In this document: piece after piece, positions 49,313 to 61,100 of the stretch
Numbering within the stretch: the first letter of the stretch is position 1
Layout of the letters: each line of letters starts with the position of its first letter
Assembly (NCBI GenBank): GCA_051530055.1
Contig: CM121341.1
Coordinates: 372,001-436,000 of the forward strand
DNA: 64,000 bases
Direction of reading: 5' to 3'
From: Neoechinorhynchus agilis
Lineage: Eukaryota > Animalia > Acanthocephala
The notes under the pieces: generated by a model
The model's input: the letters and a program-made list of their open reading frames with translations, nothing else
What the model was told of the DNA's origin: nothing
Databases searched by the model: none
Made by a program: the position numbers and the translations under genes

Positions 49313-50090
49313 TTGTTTCAAAAAATCAACAGGTTGGTATGTATGAGAACAAGTGAAGTTATTTTGAGTGATTGTGCACCCTTGGTTACAAACGTTGTTA
49401 AGAGACCGCAGAAAAAAGAAAATTATATCATAAAAATTCCAAAAGAAGAACTAGGAGTTAATTCTCCAGTATTTTTGACAAAGAATTTCTACCAGAAATA
49501 TTTGGTTAGGGATAAAAAGAAGGAAAATAAAACATACAACATAAAGAAGTTTTTCTCAACAAAAATGGCAGTGCTATTTACTTTCTTTGACGCTAGTGGT
49601 AAAGAATTGTTCATCCCTATGTTAAAAGATATAAAAATGAAATATATAGTAGTTTTCTAATGTACAATCCCCCATTAGAACTAAGTGGAAAAGATTTTAG
49701 GGAAATTTTCAACAAAACTGGGATACAGCCCATTAAATATTTACAGAGAAACAACTCTAATTACCCCTATGCCTTGATATGTTCAGCAGCACTAGATGTT
49801 GTAGAAAGAGTATGTGGGCAGGGATTTGCATTAAGATCGCATTGGATGACCTTTTCCCAACTTAAAAGTACCATTCATGATTATTCGTTAAATGCCAGAG
49901 GTGCTGTACTTGGGGGCATTATGCCTCCAACTGCAGCCGGGCTCCTAGGTGCCTTTTATGTGCAGGGGCACACATGAAAAATGAATGTACCAATACATCC
50001 CAAATAAAGTGCACAAATTGTGCTGGAAACCATCCCGCCTTTGCTAGAAGCTGCAAAAAAGCAGAGGAATACTTTGAAAATTCTTTAAAC
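49313..50090 (+). mobile_element. Decayed LINE ORF1 (Gag-like) with three CCHC knuckles
   Basis: Across frameshifts: ...YLQRNNSNYPYALI...IHDYSL-KCQRCCTWGHYASNCSRAPRCLLCAGAHMKNECTNTSQIKCTNCAGNHPAFARSC. Confidence 0.8.
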
Positions 50091-51050
50091 AGTAATACCT
50101 TCCCCGCCGTAAGGCTCATAAAAGTTTATTATCGCATAATAATAGTGGCTGGAGCAGATATAGCCGCAATTTCCCACACCCATTGGATAGAAGGATAACA
50201 GAGATAAATTCTCCGTTAAAAAGGACTGAGAAATCTGTGAGTTCTTCTCACAGCTCTTGTGGATTTCATAGATAGGCAATCACAAATAATGACTCTTAAA
50301 CTAAATCCAAACCAAAATTATGGCTGTGGCGGGAAGCTCTTATACCAATAAAAAAATTAAAAGGAATAATTAGAAAACAACTACTACCCATGCGCAACCA
50401 GGAAAGTAAAGCATCGGTTAACAAAATAAAAATACTAGGCTACACTTTTAACTCTGGACTTAACGAAAAACCGGATATTTTACAGTTTAAAAAATTCTAA
50501 AATTCGCTAAGCGCTATCACCCCACCGAGCGTTAAAATTACAGCTTAACTATGTGAAACAAAGGCAAGTATGGAAAACATGGGCAATCTCAGCCCTATCA
50601 CTTTTTAGCCGCGGTCGTCCACCCGAACAGCGGCATACATTTGGTGAGGTCTTACTTAAAGAAACCAACCTTCTGAGTCTATAAAAACAATATGGATAAA
50701 TGGTTGTACAAATTGGAAGGACTACATAAAATTGATCAGTCGGTATACGAAATTGTAACTAAATTATAAACAATTCAATCTTGCGGCAAACTTTTTCGAT
50801 TAAAAAACGTTCTGCGAATCTCGTCAAGAATCAGTTTGTAAATCGGGTGAATACTAACCTTTTTTTGTATCTTCGTAAATGATCTTCTCAAAATACGAAC
50901 ACTAATATTTTTTCGACAATTTTTAAAGCCTTAATTGCCCGATTTCTTTCTGAAAGAAACTTGAAGCGATTTCTTAAACACAAATCAGCTCTTTTTATAT
51001 TTGAACATTGAATGGCTAAAATTGGTTGTGTTTTTTTGATTGGTTTGTAG

Positions 51051-52887
51051 ATGCGTATTGGTCGAGTTCGACAGTCCGGTACGAAGAAGATTGGCGAAGT
51101 TATTGAGAAGTTGATGGGAGAGATCGAAAAAGTTGAGTATTTTATAGCTGGTTCTTTTAGAAGAAATCTTTGTAGATAAAAGACCCGGACTCGTTAGGAT
51201 CATTTAACCAGTTTCCAATCACAAGCGAAACTAAAGACGGTTCACATTCGATTCTTTTTGTTTTTCTTCAAAACTGACCGGAGTTTTAGGATTGCGTGAA
51301 TCCGGGTACATTGAACCATCTCGAGTCCAGCGTCTCGGTATAATTGCGGCTCTTAAGAATCAGGATGTTCTTTGTGCCGCTAAAACGGGCAGTGGGAAAA
51401 CCCTGGCATTCATAGTTCCACTGTTGGAGAAGTTGTACGTTAATCGATGGAGCAAATCGGACGGATTAGGAGCGCTGGTCATATCGCCAACGCGTGAATT
51501 GGCTTTTCAGATATTTGAAACACTCACTTTCGTCGGAAAATACCACGATTTCTCGGCAGGCGTCATATTCGGAGGAAAGGTAAGCGAAAAAAAAAGTGGT
51601 TGATCAAAAGATATGGTTCCCTTCGATTTAGAGCCTTAAAGAAGAGGCGGAATGTATAGCGAGAACAAACATCATAATCTGCACTCCAGGACGCCTTCTT
51701 CAGCACATGGATGAGACTTACGGATTCGACGCAACTAGCATTTTAATGCTTGTTCTGGACGAAGCTGATCGTATCCTCGATTTAGGATTCTCTGATACAA
51801 TGCAGGCTATAATGGACCAAATGAACGTCCCTAGTGGAATCAGACAAACTCTACTTTATTCAGCCACGCAAACAAGGTCGGTCGTCGTGCTTAAAAGCGC
51901 ATAGATGCATTATTTTGTTTTATCCAACTCGTCCGTCCTATAGCATGGTGAATACTCTCGTGAAACTCAGTTTGAAAAATCCTGTCTTTATTCAAGGAGA
52001 ATTGGACATGACTATCACTACACCACTCAAACTTAAACAGGTTTTTTTGTCACATTGTGCATACCGAAGGGTATCGTCGCGTATCAAAGGTCTATACGGT
52101 CATTGAGGACCACGATAAACTGAATTTTATATGGACGTTTATTCGATACCACGAAGCAAAAATTCTAATTTTCGTTCACACTTGCAAACAAGTCATGTTT
52201 TATTCGATTCTGTTTCGACAACTGCGAACATCTACTCCCGTTCTTGGTCTCTGTGGACGAATGGGACAAAGAAGACGTCTGAAGGTTTATGAAAAGTTCC
52301 GCGAAAAGGACGTGGTCGCTTTGTTCGCAACAGACATAGCAGCCAGAGGACTAGATTTTCCTAATGTCGATTGGGTCATTCAAATGGATTGTCCGTGTGA
52401 TGTCGAAACGTACATTCATCGAGTTGGAAGGACTGCCAGATATGAGAAGGGCGGGAAGGGAGCGCTTATTCTGACTCCACCTCAGCAACGATTCCTTGAA
52501 TACCTGACCGAAAACAAGGTTCCAATCAAGGAATCACCCATACAATCGGCACAAATTATCGACGTGAGCAAGCGAATACAGACCGTTCTTGATGCTAATA
52601 ACGAGCTTAAACTCCGAGCTAAAAGAGCGTTACGAGCATACCTTAAAGCCATCCATCGATGTTCAGACAAAGAAGTGTTCAATGCAAACAGTATTGATGT
52701 TGTAGCCATGGCTCGGTCGTTCGCCATTGATCCACCCAAAACAGTCAAAATCGGAGGAGCTGAAAAGCGAATTACAGTTGAGGAAGGTCGATATCCTAAG
52801 TTGAAAAGTACAAAGATTCAAAGGGGGAGTGAAAAAGAAAAGGAAATGGGTTGTTGGTTTCAGGTCACTCAATTCGACGACTTGTAG
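51051..52887 (+). CDS. DDX10: DEAD-box RNA helicase DDX10/DBP4, multi-exon
   Basis: Q-motif region FNQFPI, then [104 protein letters not shown]. Hand-spliced start ATG at 51051. Confidence 0.9.
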
Positions 52888-53282
52888 GATCCGTTAGTGT
52901 TTGTATTAATTTGCTTTTGCTGCAAGCAAAGTCCATAAACGTTCATCCGAGTAATAAATCTGATATTTTTAAAACACGTACTAATATTAACGAACAAAAA
53001 GGCTAATTTTAACAATTCTTACAATTTACGAAGTCCAGCTTCTTTAAGAGAATGCTTTAGTTCTATTTTAAATAATGAGAATATAATGAACAAAACAGTT
53101 TGCGCGAAATTCTTTTTCTTAGTCGTGCCTTACTAGTATTAGTTTCTCCACCGCTTTCTCGCAACCAGAAAGCACACAGAAATCCTTTCACCTTGTGCCG
53201 AGAAATTATAACACTTTTCTAATTTCGTCTTGCCCTGAATCCATCTTATGATTGCCAGATACTTTCATACATAAATCTTTTT

Positions 53283-54500
53283 CTAAGAATCATCCCAATT
53301 AACATTTAGGCTGATATCCGTGCTGTGATCAATAAGATCATTCCTGACCTGCCAGATATGAACCTCCTCCTCACCGGCACAAGATGCCACGATAACGTTT
53401 TCCGGATCCTCGTAAATCGCGAAATCGTGAAGCATAGACGAATGTCCTGAGTGTGTAAAGATGAGCTCCTCAAACTCATGGTCGTCATCGTAGATCTCAT
53501 CCGCAAATGTATCATTTCCAATCAAGTTTAGATCATAGATGGCGATCTTTCGATCGTCTCCACCCGAAAAGATCATCGATTTCCTGACGGGATGGAACTG
53601 AACATTGAGAATTCCACTTTGGTGTTCAGTCTCGACCAAATGAAGAACGCTAGCTGCAGCCCGAATATCCACCAGTTTTATATCTGGATCAGTGCCCCCG
53701 ATTGCGACGAGAAAATCATAGTATCTATTCTGACTAAGGCAGTTTATTTCACCATCTTTAAAGCCTTCCATTGCCATCGAAGGGTTTATAACACTTTCTC
53801 TAATATCCCAAATACGGAAAAAATTGTCGTCGCATACAGTCAAAAGGACGTTTGGATTAGAGGCGTGCCATATGACCTCGCCAATCGCGCCCGTGTGTCC
53901 TTGAAGAACAGTCGTAGGTCCTTGTGAAACCTCCACATCCCATACAGCCACTTTGGTGTCCCAAGAACCTGTTGCTAAACGACCTCTAATTTCCGGATTC
54001 CAACTGATCGTGTACCCATGATCGGTATGATATTCGAGTTGGGTTACTGGGCTTAAGTTCACATCACCTCGATCCTTTATACCTTTCAAATCGTAAATAT
54101 AAAGCTTAGCATTTGAAGAGAAAGTGGCCAACAAATCGTCCCCAGGATTGCATCGAAGTCTGTTGACCTCTCCGCCGGAGTGGTCGTATTTGTAAAGAGT
54201 TGAGGATGAAAATGCCTTGTACGTACGGCCCATGACATTTTGTGATAAAACTTGCGTTGGACTCAAGGAAACCGTCTCAATCTCGTTTAGGAACAGCTCA
54301 CCGCGACCATTGAAGTACGACGTCCCACAAAAAAGCATCATTCTTTGTTCGTCTTTGAGAAACTCACATGACATCAAACATCCCATAGTGGACAATATCG
54401 ATATCTGATCGTAAATCAATCGAGTGCTCTGACGCCATGCCTCCGAATCATCTGATGTCGTCGAACTGCTAGAGTCGTCGCTTTCTGATGCGCCGTCCAT
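53283..54500 (-). CDS. Divergent RBBP4/7 (CAF-1 p48 / NURF55)-like WD40 histone-binding protein, intronless
   Basis: EAWRQSTRLIYD, HSGGEVNRLRCNP, HTDHGYTISWNP...LATGSWDTKVAVWDV, GHTGAIGEVIWH, ELIFTHSGHSSMLHDF follow the RBBP4 blade order, but with many substitutions. Confidence 0.8.
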   Translation of the reverse strand: MDGASESDDSSSSTTSDDSEAWRQSTRLIYDQISILSTMGCLMSCEFLKDEQRMMLFCGTSYFNGRGELFLNEIETVSLSPTQVLSQNVMGRTYKAFSSSTLYKYDHSGGEVNRLRCNPGDDLLATFSSNAKLYIYDLKGIKDRGDVNLSPVTQLEYHTDHGYTISWNPEIRGRLATGSWDTKVAVWDVEVSQGPTTVLQGHTGAIGEVIWHASNPNVLLTVCDDNFFRIWDIRESVINPSMAMEGFKDGEINCLSQNRYYDFLVAIGGTDPDIKLVDIRAAASVLHLVETEHQSGILNVQFHPVRKSMIFSGGDDRKIAIYDLNLIGNDTFADEIYDDDHEFEELIFTHSGHSSMLHDFAIYEDPENVIVASCAGEEEVHIWQVRNDLIDHSTDISLNVNWDDS

Positions 54501-55119
54501 TTATCTGCAAAAAAACGGTTCGTTATTCCAAATATGAATAATAATCCGATTTTTTCACTATTTCCATCAAAACGAAAAGTGCGTTGAAGAAAGGAAGAAA
54601 CAAGTGATTTAACCTCAACAAAAACCTTAAATCACAATAGGACTAGACGCATCCTTTTAGATATATTAAGTAATCCAAACGACGTCCATCAAAACATCCT
54701 TTCTGAAATATAAACGGAGAAGCGATTCCTAAATTTTTTTATTTTATTCGATTGAGATGTGTCACATCGACAATTCTACCATCCCGAAGGATCTTCTCTC
54801 AATGATTCGCATCGCTAAGAACGAGTCTAAATCTCTTCGCAAATGAACTAATCCCCTACCCCACGGTTCAAAAGGAATAACTTCGAGACCAGACCGAAGG
54901 TATCCCTATCACGGTGATTTTGCAACTCCATCAAAAAATAAAACATATCAAAATGCCATTATTTTTATCATTTCAATCTCGGATTTTACAATTTAAGTGT
55001 TTTCCGATGTCAACGAATCGCCAATAAGGGATGATACTTCTGGATCAATAACCAACCTAAGAACGTGGCATTTTTCAGCGTTAAATAATCTGTTAATTTT
55101 TCAATTGCGGTGACCCATC

Positions 55120-58100
55120 ATAAAATCTATTTTATTGAAATATTTCGAAGGGATACCTCATCAGTCGTCTAAAAAGTCTTTAATTGCTTTGTATTGTACT
55201 GCTTGGGTACGCGGGATCGCTATTCCCGAGGTTCGAAGACCAAATGTCCAACAGAATCCTTAGCGTCCTTGATTGAGATAATTACGTCTCCAACTAAATC
55301 ATTTCGAAGGAATTTTTCTTAACGATACTGAAATCGGAGATGTGGAGGCCATAATCCCTTCCGGATAAAACCTATTTCATTGAAATATTTCGCAAGGATA
55401 CCTCATCAGTCGTCTAAAAAGTCTTTAATTGCTTTGTATTGTACTGCTTGGGTACGCGGGATCGCTATTCCCAAGGTTCGAAGACCAAATGTCCAACCGA
55501 ATCCTTAGCGTCCTTGATTGAGATAATTACGTCTCCAACAAAATCATTTCGAAGGAATTTTTCTTAACGATACTGGAATCGGAGATGTGGAGGCCATAAT
55601 CCCTCCCGGATAAAATCTATTTTATTGAAATATTTCACTGAGATACCTCATCGATGTTCAAAAAGTCTTTAATTGCTTTGTATTGTACTGCTTGGGTACG
55701 CGGGATCGCTATTCCCGAGGTTCGAAGACCAAATGTCCAACCGAATCCTTAGGGTCCTTGATTGAGATAATTACGTCTCCAACAAAATAATTTCGAAGGA
55801 ATTTTTCTTAACGATACTGGAATCGGAGATGTGGAGGCCATAATCCCTCCCGGATAAAATCTATTTTATTGAAATATTTCGCAAGGATACCTCATCAGTC
55901 GTCTAAAAAGTCTTTAATTGCTTTGTATTGTACTGCTTGGGTACGCGGTATCGCTATTCCCGAGGTTCGAAGACCCAATGTCCAACAGAATCCTTAGCGT
56001 CCTTGATTGAGATAATTACGTCTCCAACAAAATAATTTCGAAGGAATTTTTCTTAACGATACTGAAATCGGAGATGTGGAGGCCATAATCCCTTCCGGAT
56101 AAAATCTATTTTATTGAAATATTTCGCAGGGATACCTCATCAGTCATTCAAAAAGTCTTTAATTACTTTGTATTGTACTGCTTGGGTACGCGGGATCGCT
56201 ATTCCCGAGGTTCGAAGACCCAATGTCCAACAGAATCCTTAGCGTCCTTGATTGAGATAATTACGTCTCCAACTAAATCATTTCGAAGGAATTTTTCTTA
56301 ACGATACTGAAATCGGAGATGTGGAGGCCATAATCCCTCCCGGATAAAATCTATTTTATTGAAATATTTCGCAGGGATACCTCATCAGTCATTCAAAAAG
56401 TCTTTAATTGCTTTGTATTGTACTGCTTGGGTACGCGGGATCGCTATTCCCGAGGTTCGAAGACCCAATGTCCAACAGAATCCTTAGCGTCCTTGATTGA
56501 GTTAATTACGTCTCCAACAAAATAATTTCGAAGGAATTTTTCTTAACGATACTGGAATCGGAGATGTGGAGGCCATAATCCCTCCCGGATAAAATCTATT
56601 TTATTGAAATATTTCGCAGGGATACCTCATCTACAGTCATTCAAAGTCTTTAATTGCTTTGTATTGTACTGTGGGTACGCGGGATCGCTATTCCCGAGTT
56701 CGAAGGCCAAATGTCCAACCGAATCCTTAGCGTCCTTGATTGAGATAATTACGTCTCCAACAAAATCATTTCGAAGGAATTTTTCTTAACGATACTGAAA
56801 TCGGAGATGTGGAGGCCATAATCCCTCCCGGATAAAATCTATTTTATTGAAATATTTCGCAAGGATACCTCATCAGTCGTCTAAAAAGTCTATAATTGCT
56901 TTGTATTGTACTGCCTGGGTACGCGGGATCGCTATTCCCGAGGTTCGAAGACCAAATGTCCAACCGAATCCTTAGCGTCCTTGATTGAGATAATTACGTC
57001 TCCAACAAATAATTTCGAAGGAATTTTTCTTAACGATACTGAAATCGGAGATGTGGAGGCCATAATCCCTCCCGGATAAAATCTATTTTATTGAAATATT
57101 TCGCAAGGATACCTCATCAGTCGTCTAAAAAGTCTATAATTGCTTTGTATTGTACTGCTTGGGTACGCGGGATCGCTATTCCCGAGGTTCGAAGACCCAA
57201 TGTCCAACAGAATCCTTAGCGTCCTTGATTGAGATAACTTCGTCTCCAACAAAATCATTTCGAAGGAATTTTTCTTAACGATACTGGAATCGGAGATGTG
57301 GAGGCCATAATCCCTTCTGGATAAAATCTATTTTATTAAAATATTTCGCAAGGATACCTCATCAGTCGTCTAAAAAGTCTTTAATTGCTTTGTATTGTAC
57401 TGCTTGGGTACGCGGGATCGCTATTCCCGAGGGTTCGAAGACCCCAATGTCCAACAGAATCCTTAGCACGTCCTTGATTGAGATAACTTCGTCTCCAACA
57501 AAATCATTTCGAAGGAATTTTTCTTAACGATACTGGAATCCGGAGATGTGGAGGCCATAATCCCTTCTGGATAAAATCTATTTTATTAAAATATTTCACC
57601 AGGATAGCTCCATCAGTCGTCTAAAAAGTCTTTAATTGCTTTGTATTGTACTGCTTGGGTACGCGGGATCGCTATTCCCTAGGTTCGAAGACCAAATGTC
57701 CAACCGAATCCTTAGGGTCCTTGATTGAGATAATTACGTCTCCAACAAAATAATTTCGAAGGAATTTTTCTTAACGATACTGGAATCGGAGATGTGGAGG
57801 CCATAATCCCTTCCGGATAAAATCTATTTTATTGAAATATTTCGCAAGTATACCTCATCAGTCATCTAAAAAGTCTTTAATTGCTTTGTATTGTACTGCT
57901 TGGGTACGCGGGATCGCTATTCCCGAGGTTCGAAGACCCAATATCCAACCGAATCCTTAGCGTCCTTGATTGAGATAATTGCGTCTCCAACAAAATAATT
58001 TCGAAGGAATTTTTCTTAACGATACTGGAATCGGAGATGTGGAGGCCATAATCCCTTCCGGATAAAATCTATTTTATTGAAATATTTCGCAGGGATACCT

Positions 58101-61100
58101 CATCAGTCGTCTAAAAAGTCTTTAATTGCTTTGTATTGTACTGCTTGGGTACGCGGGATCGCTATTTCCGAGGTTCGAAGACCCAATATCCAACCGAATC
58201 CTTAGCGTCCTTGATTGAGATAACTACGTCTCCAACAAAATAATTTCGAAGGAATTTTTCTTAACGATACTGGAATCGGAGATGTGGAGGCCATAATCCC
58301 TTCCGGATAAAACCTACTTCATTGAAATATTTCGCAAGGATACCTCATCAGTCGTCTAAAAAGTCTTTAATTGCTTTGTATTGTACTGCTTGGGTACGCG
58401 GGATCGCTTTTCCCAAGGTTCGAAGACCAAATGTCCAACCGAATCCTTAGCGTCCTTGATTGAGATAATTACGTCTCCAACAAAATAATCTCGAAGGAAT
58501 TTTTCTTAACGATACTGGAATCGGAGATGTGGAGGCCATAATCCCTTCCGGATAAAACCTACTTCATTGAAATATTTCGCAAGGATACCTCATCAGTCGT
58601 CTAAAAAGTCTTTAATTGCTTTGTATTGTACTGCTTGGGTACGCGGGATCGCTATTTCCGAGGTTCGAAGACCCAATGTCCAACCGAATCCTTAGCGTCC
58701 TTGATTGAGATAACTACGTCTCCAACAAAATAATTTCGAAGGAATTTTCATAACGATACTACTGGAATCGGAGATGCGGAGGCCATAATCCCGGATAAAA
58801 TTATCTTATTGGAAAATATTTCGCAAGGATACCTCATCAGTCGTCTAAAAAGTCTTTAATTGCTTTGTATTGTACTGCTTGGGTACGCGGGATCGCTATT
58901 CCCAGGTTCGAAGACTTAATTCCAAACGAATCCTTAGCGTCCTTGATTGAGATAACTACGTCTCCAACAAAATCATTTCGAAGGAATTTTTTCTTAACGA
59001 TACTGGAATCGGAGATGTGGAGGCCATAATCCTTCCGGATAAAATCTATTTTATTGAAATATTTCATGAGATACCTCATCAGTCGTCTAAAGTCTTTAAT
59101 TGCTTTGTATTGTACTGCTTGGGTACGCGGGATCGCTATTTCCGGTTCGAAGACCCAATGTCCAACAGATCCTTAGCGTCCTTGATTGAGATAACTACGT
59201 CTCCAACAAAATAATTTCGAAGGAATTTTTCTTAACGATACTGGAATCGGAGATGTGGAGGCCATAATCCCTTCCGGATAATATCTATCTTATTGAAATA
59301 TTTTGCAAGGATACCTCATCAGTCGTCTAAAAAGTCTTTAATTGCTTTGTATTGTACTGCTTGGGTACGCGGGATCGCTATTCCCGAGGTTCGAAGACCC
59401 AATGTCCAACCGAATCCTTAGCGTCCTTGATTGAGATAACTACGTCTCCAACAAAATAATTTCGAAGGAATTTTTCTTAACGATACTGGAATCGGAGATG
59501 TGGAGGCCATAATCCCTTCCGGATGAAATCTATTTTATTGAAATATTTCGCAAGGATACCTCATCAGTCGTCTAAAAAGTCTTTAATTGCTTTGTATTGT
59601 ACTGTAGGTACGCGGGATCGCTATTCCCGAGGTTCGAGAGCCAAATGTCCAACCGAATCCTTAGCGTCCTTGATTGAGATAATTACGTCTCCAACTAAAT
59701 CATTTCGAGGGAATTTTTCTTAACGATACTGGAATCGGAGATGTGGAGACCATAATCCCTTCCGGATAAAATCTATTTTATTGAAATATTTCGCAAGGAT
59801 ACTTCATCAGTCATCTAAAAAGTCTTTAATTCTTTGTATTGTACTGCTTGGAGGCATAGGATGCTATTTCCGAGGATCGAAGACCGTGTCAACCGAATCC
59901 TTAGCGTCCTTGATTGAGATAACTACGTCTCCAACAAAATAATTTCGAAGGAATTTTTCTTAACGATACTGGAATCGGAGATGTGGAGGCCATAATCCCT
60001 TCGGGATAAAATCTATTTTATGAAATATTTTGCAAAGGATACACTCATCTAAGTCGTCTAAAAAGTCTTTAATTGCTTTGTATTGTACTGCTTGAATTTT
60101 CGGGATCGCTATTCCCGAGGTTCGAAGACCCAATGTCCAACCGAATCCTTAGCGTCCTTGATTGAGATAACTACGTCTCCAACAAAATAATTTCGAAGGA
60201 ATTTTTCTTAACGATACTGGAATCGGAGATGTGGAGGTCATAATCCCTTCCGGATAAAATCTATTTTATTGAAATATTTCGCAAGGATACCTCATCAGTC
60301 GTCTAAAAAGTCTTTAATTGCTTTGTATTGTACTGCTTGGGTACGCGGGATCGCTATTCCCGAGGTTCGAAGACCAAATGTCCAACCGAATCCTTAGCGT
60401 CCTTGATTGAGATAATTACGTCTCCAACAAAATAATTTCGAAGGAATTTTTCTTAACGACACTGAAATCGGAGATGTGGAGGCCATAATCCCTTCCGGAT
60501 AAAACCTACTTCATTGAAATATTTCGCAAGGATACCTCATCAGTCGTCTAAAAAGTCTTTAATTGCTTTGTATTGTACTGCTTGGGTACGCGGGATCGCT
60601 ATTCCCGAGGTTCGAAGACCCAATATCCAACCGAATCCTTAGCGTCCTTGATTGAGATAATTACGTCTCCAACAAAATAATTTCGAAGGAATTTTTCTTA
60701 ACCATACTGGAATCGGAGATGTGGAGGCCATAATCCCTTCCGGATAAAATCTATTTTATTGAAATATTTCGCAAGGATACCTCATCAGTCGTCTAAAAAG
60801 TCTTTAATTGCTTTGTATTGTACTGCTTGGGTACGCGGGATCGCTATTCCCAAGGTTCGAAGACCCGATATCCAACCGAATCCTTAGCGTCCTTGATTGA
60901 GATAATTACGTCTCCAACAAAATAATTTCGAAGGAATTTTTCTTAACGATACTGGAATCGGAGATGTGGAGGCCACAATCCCTTCCGGATAAAATCTATT
61001 TTATTGAAATATTTCGCAAGGATACCTCATCAGTCGTCTAAAAAGGCTTTAATTGCTTTGTATTGTACTGCTTGGGTACGCGGGATCGCTATTCCCAAGG

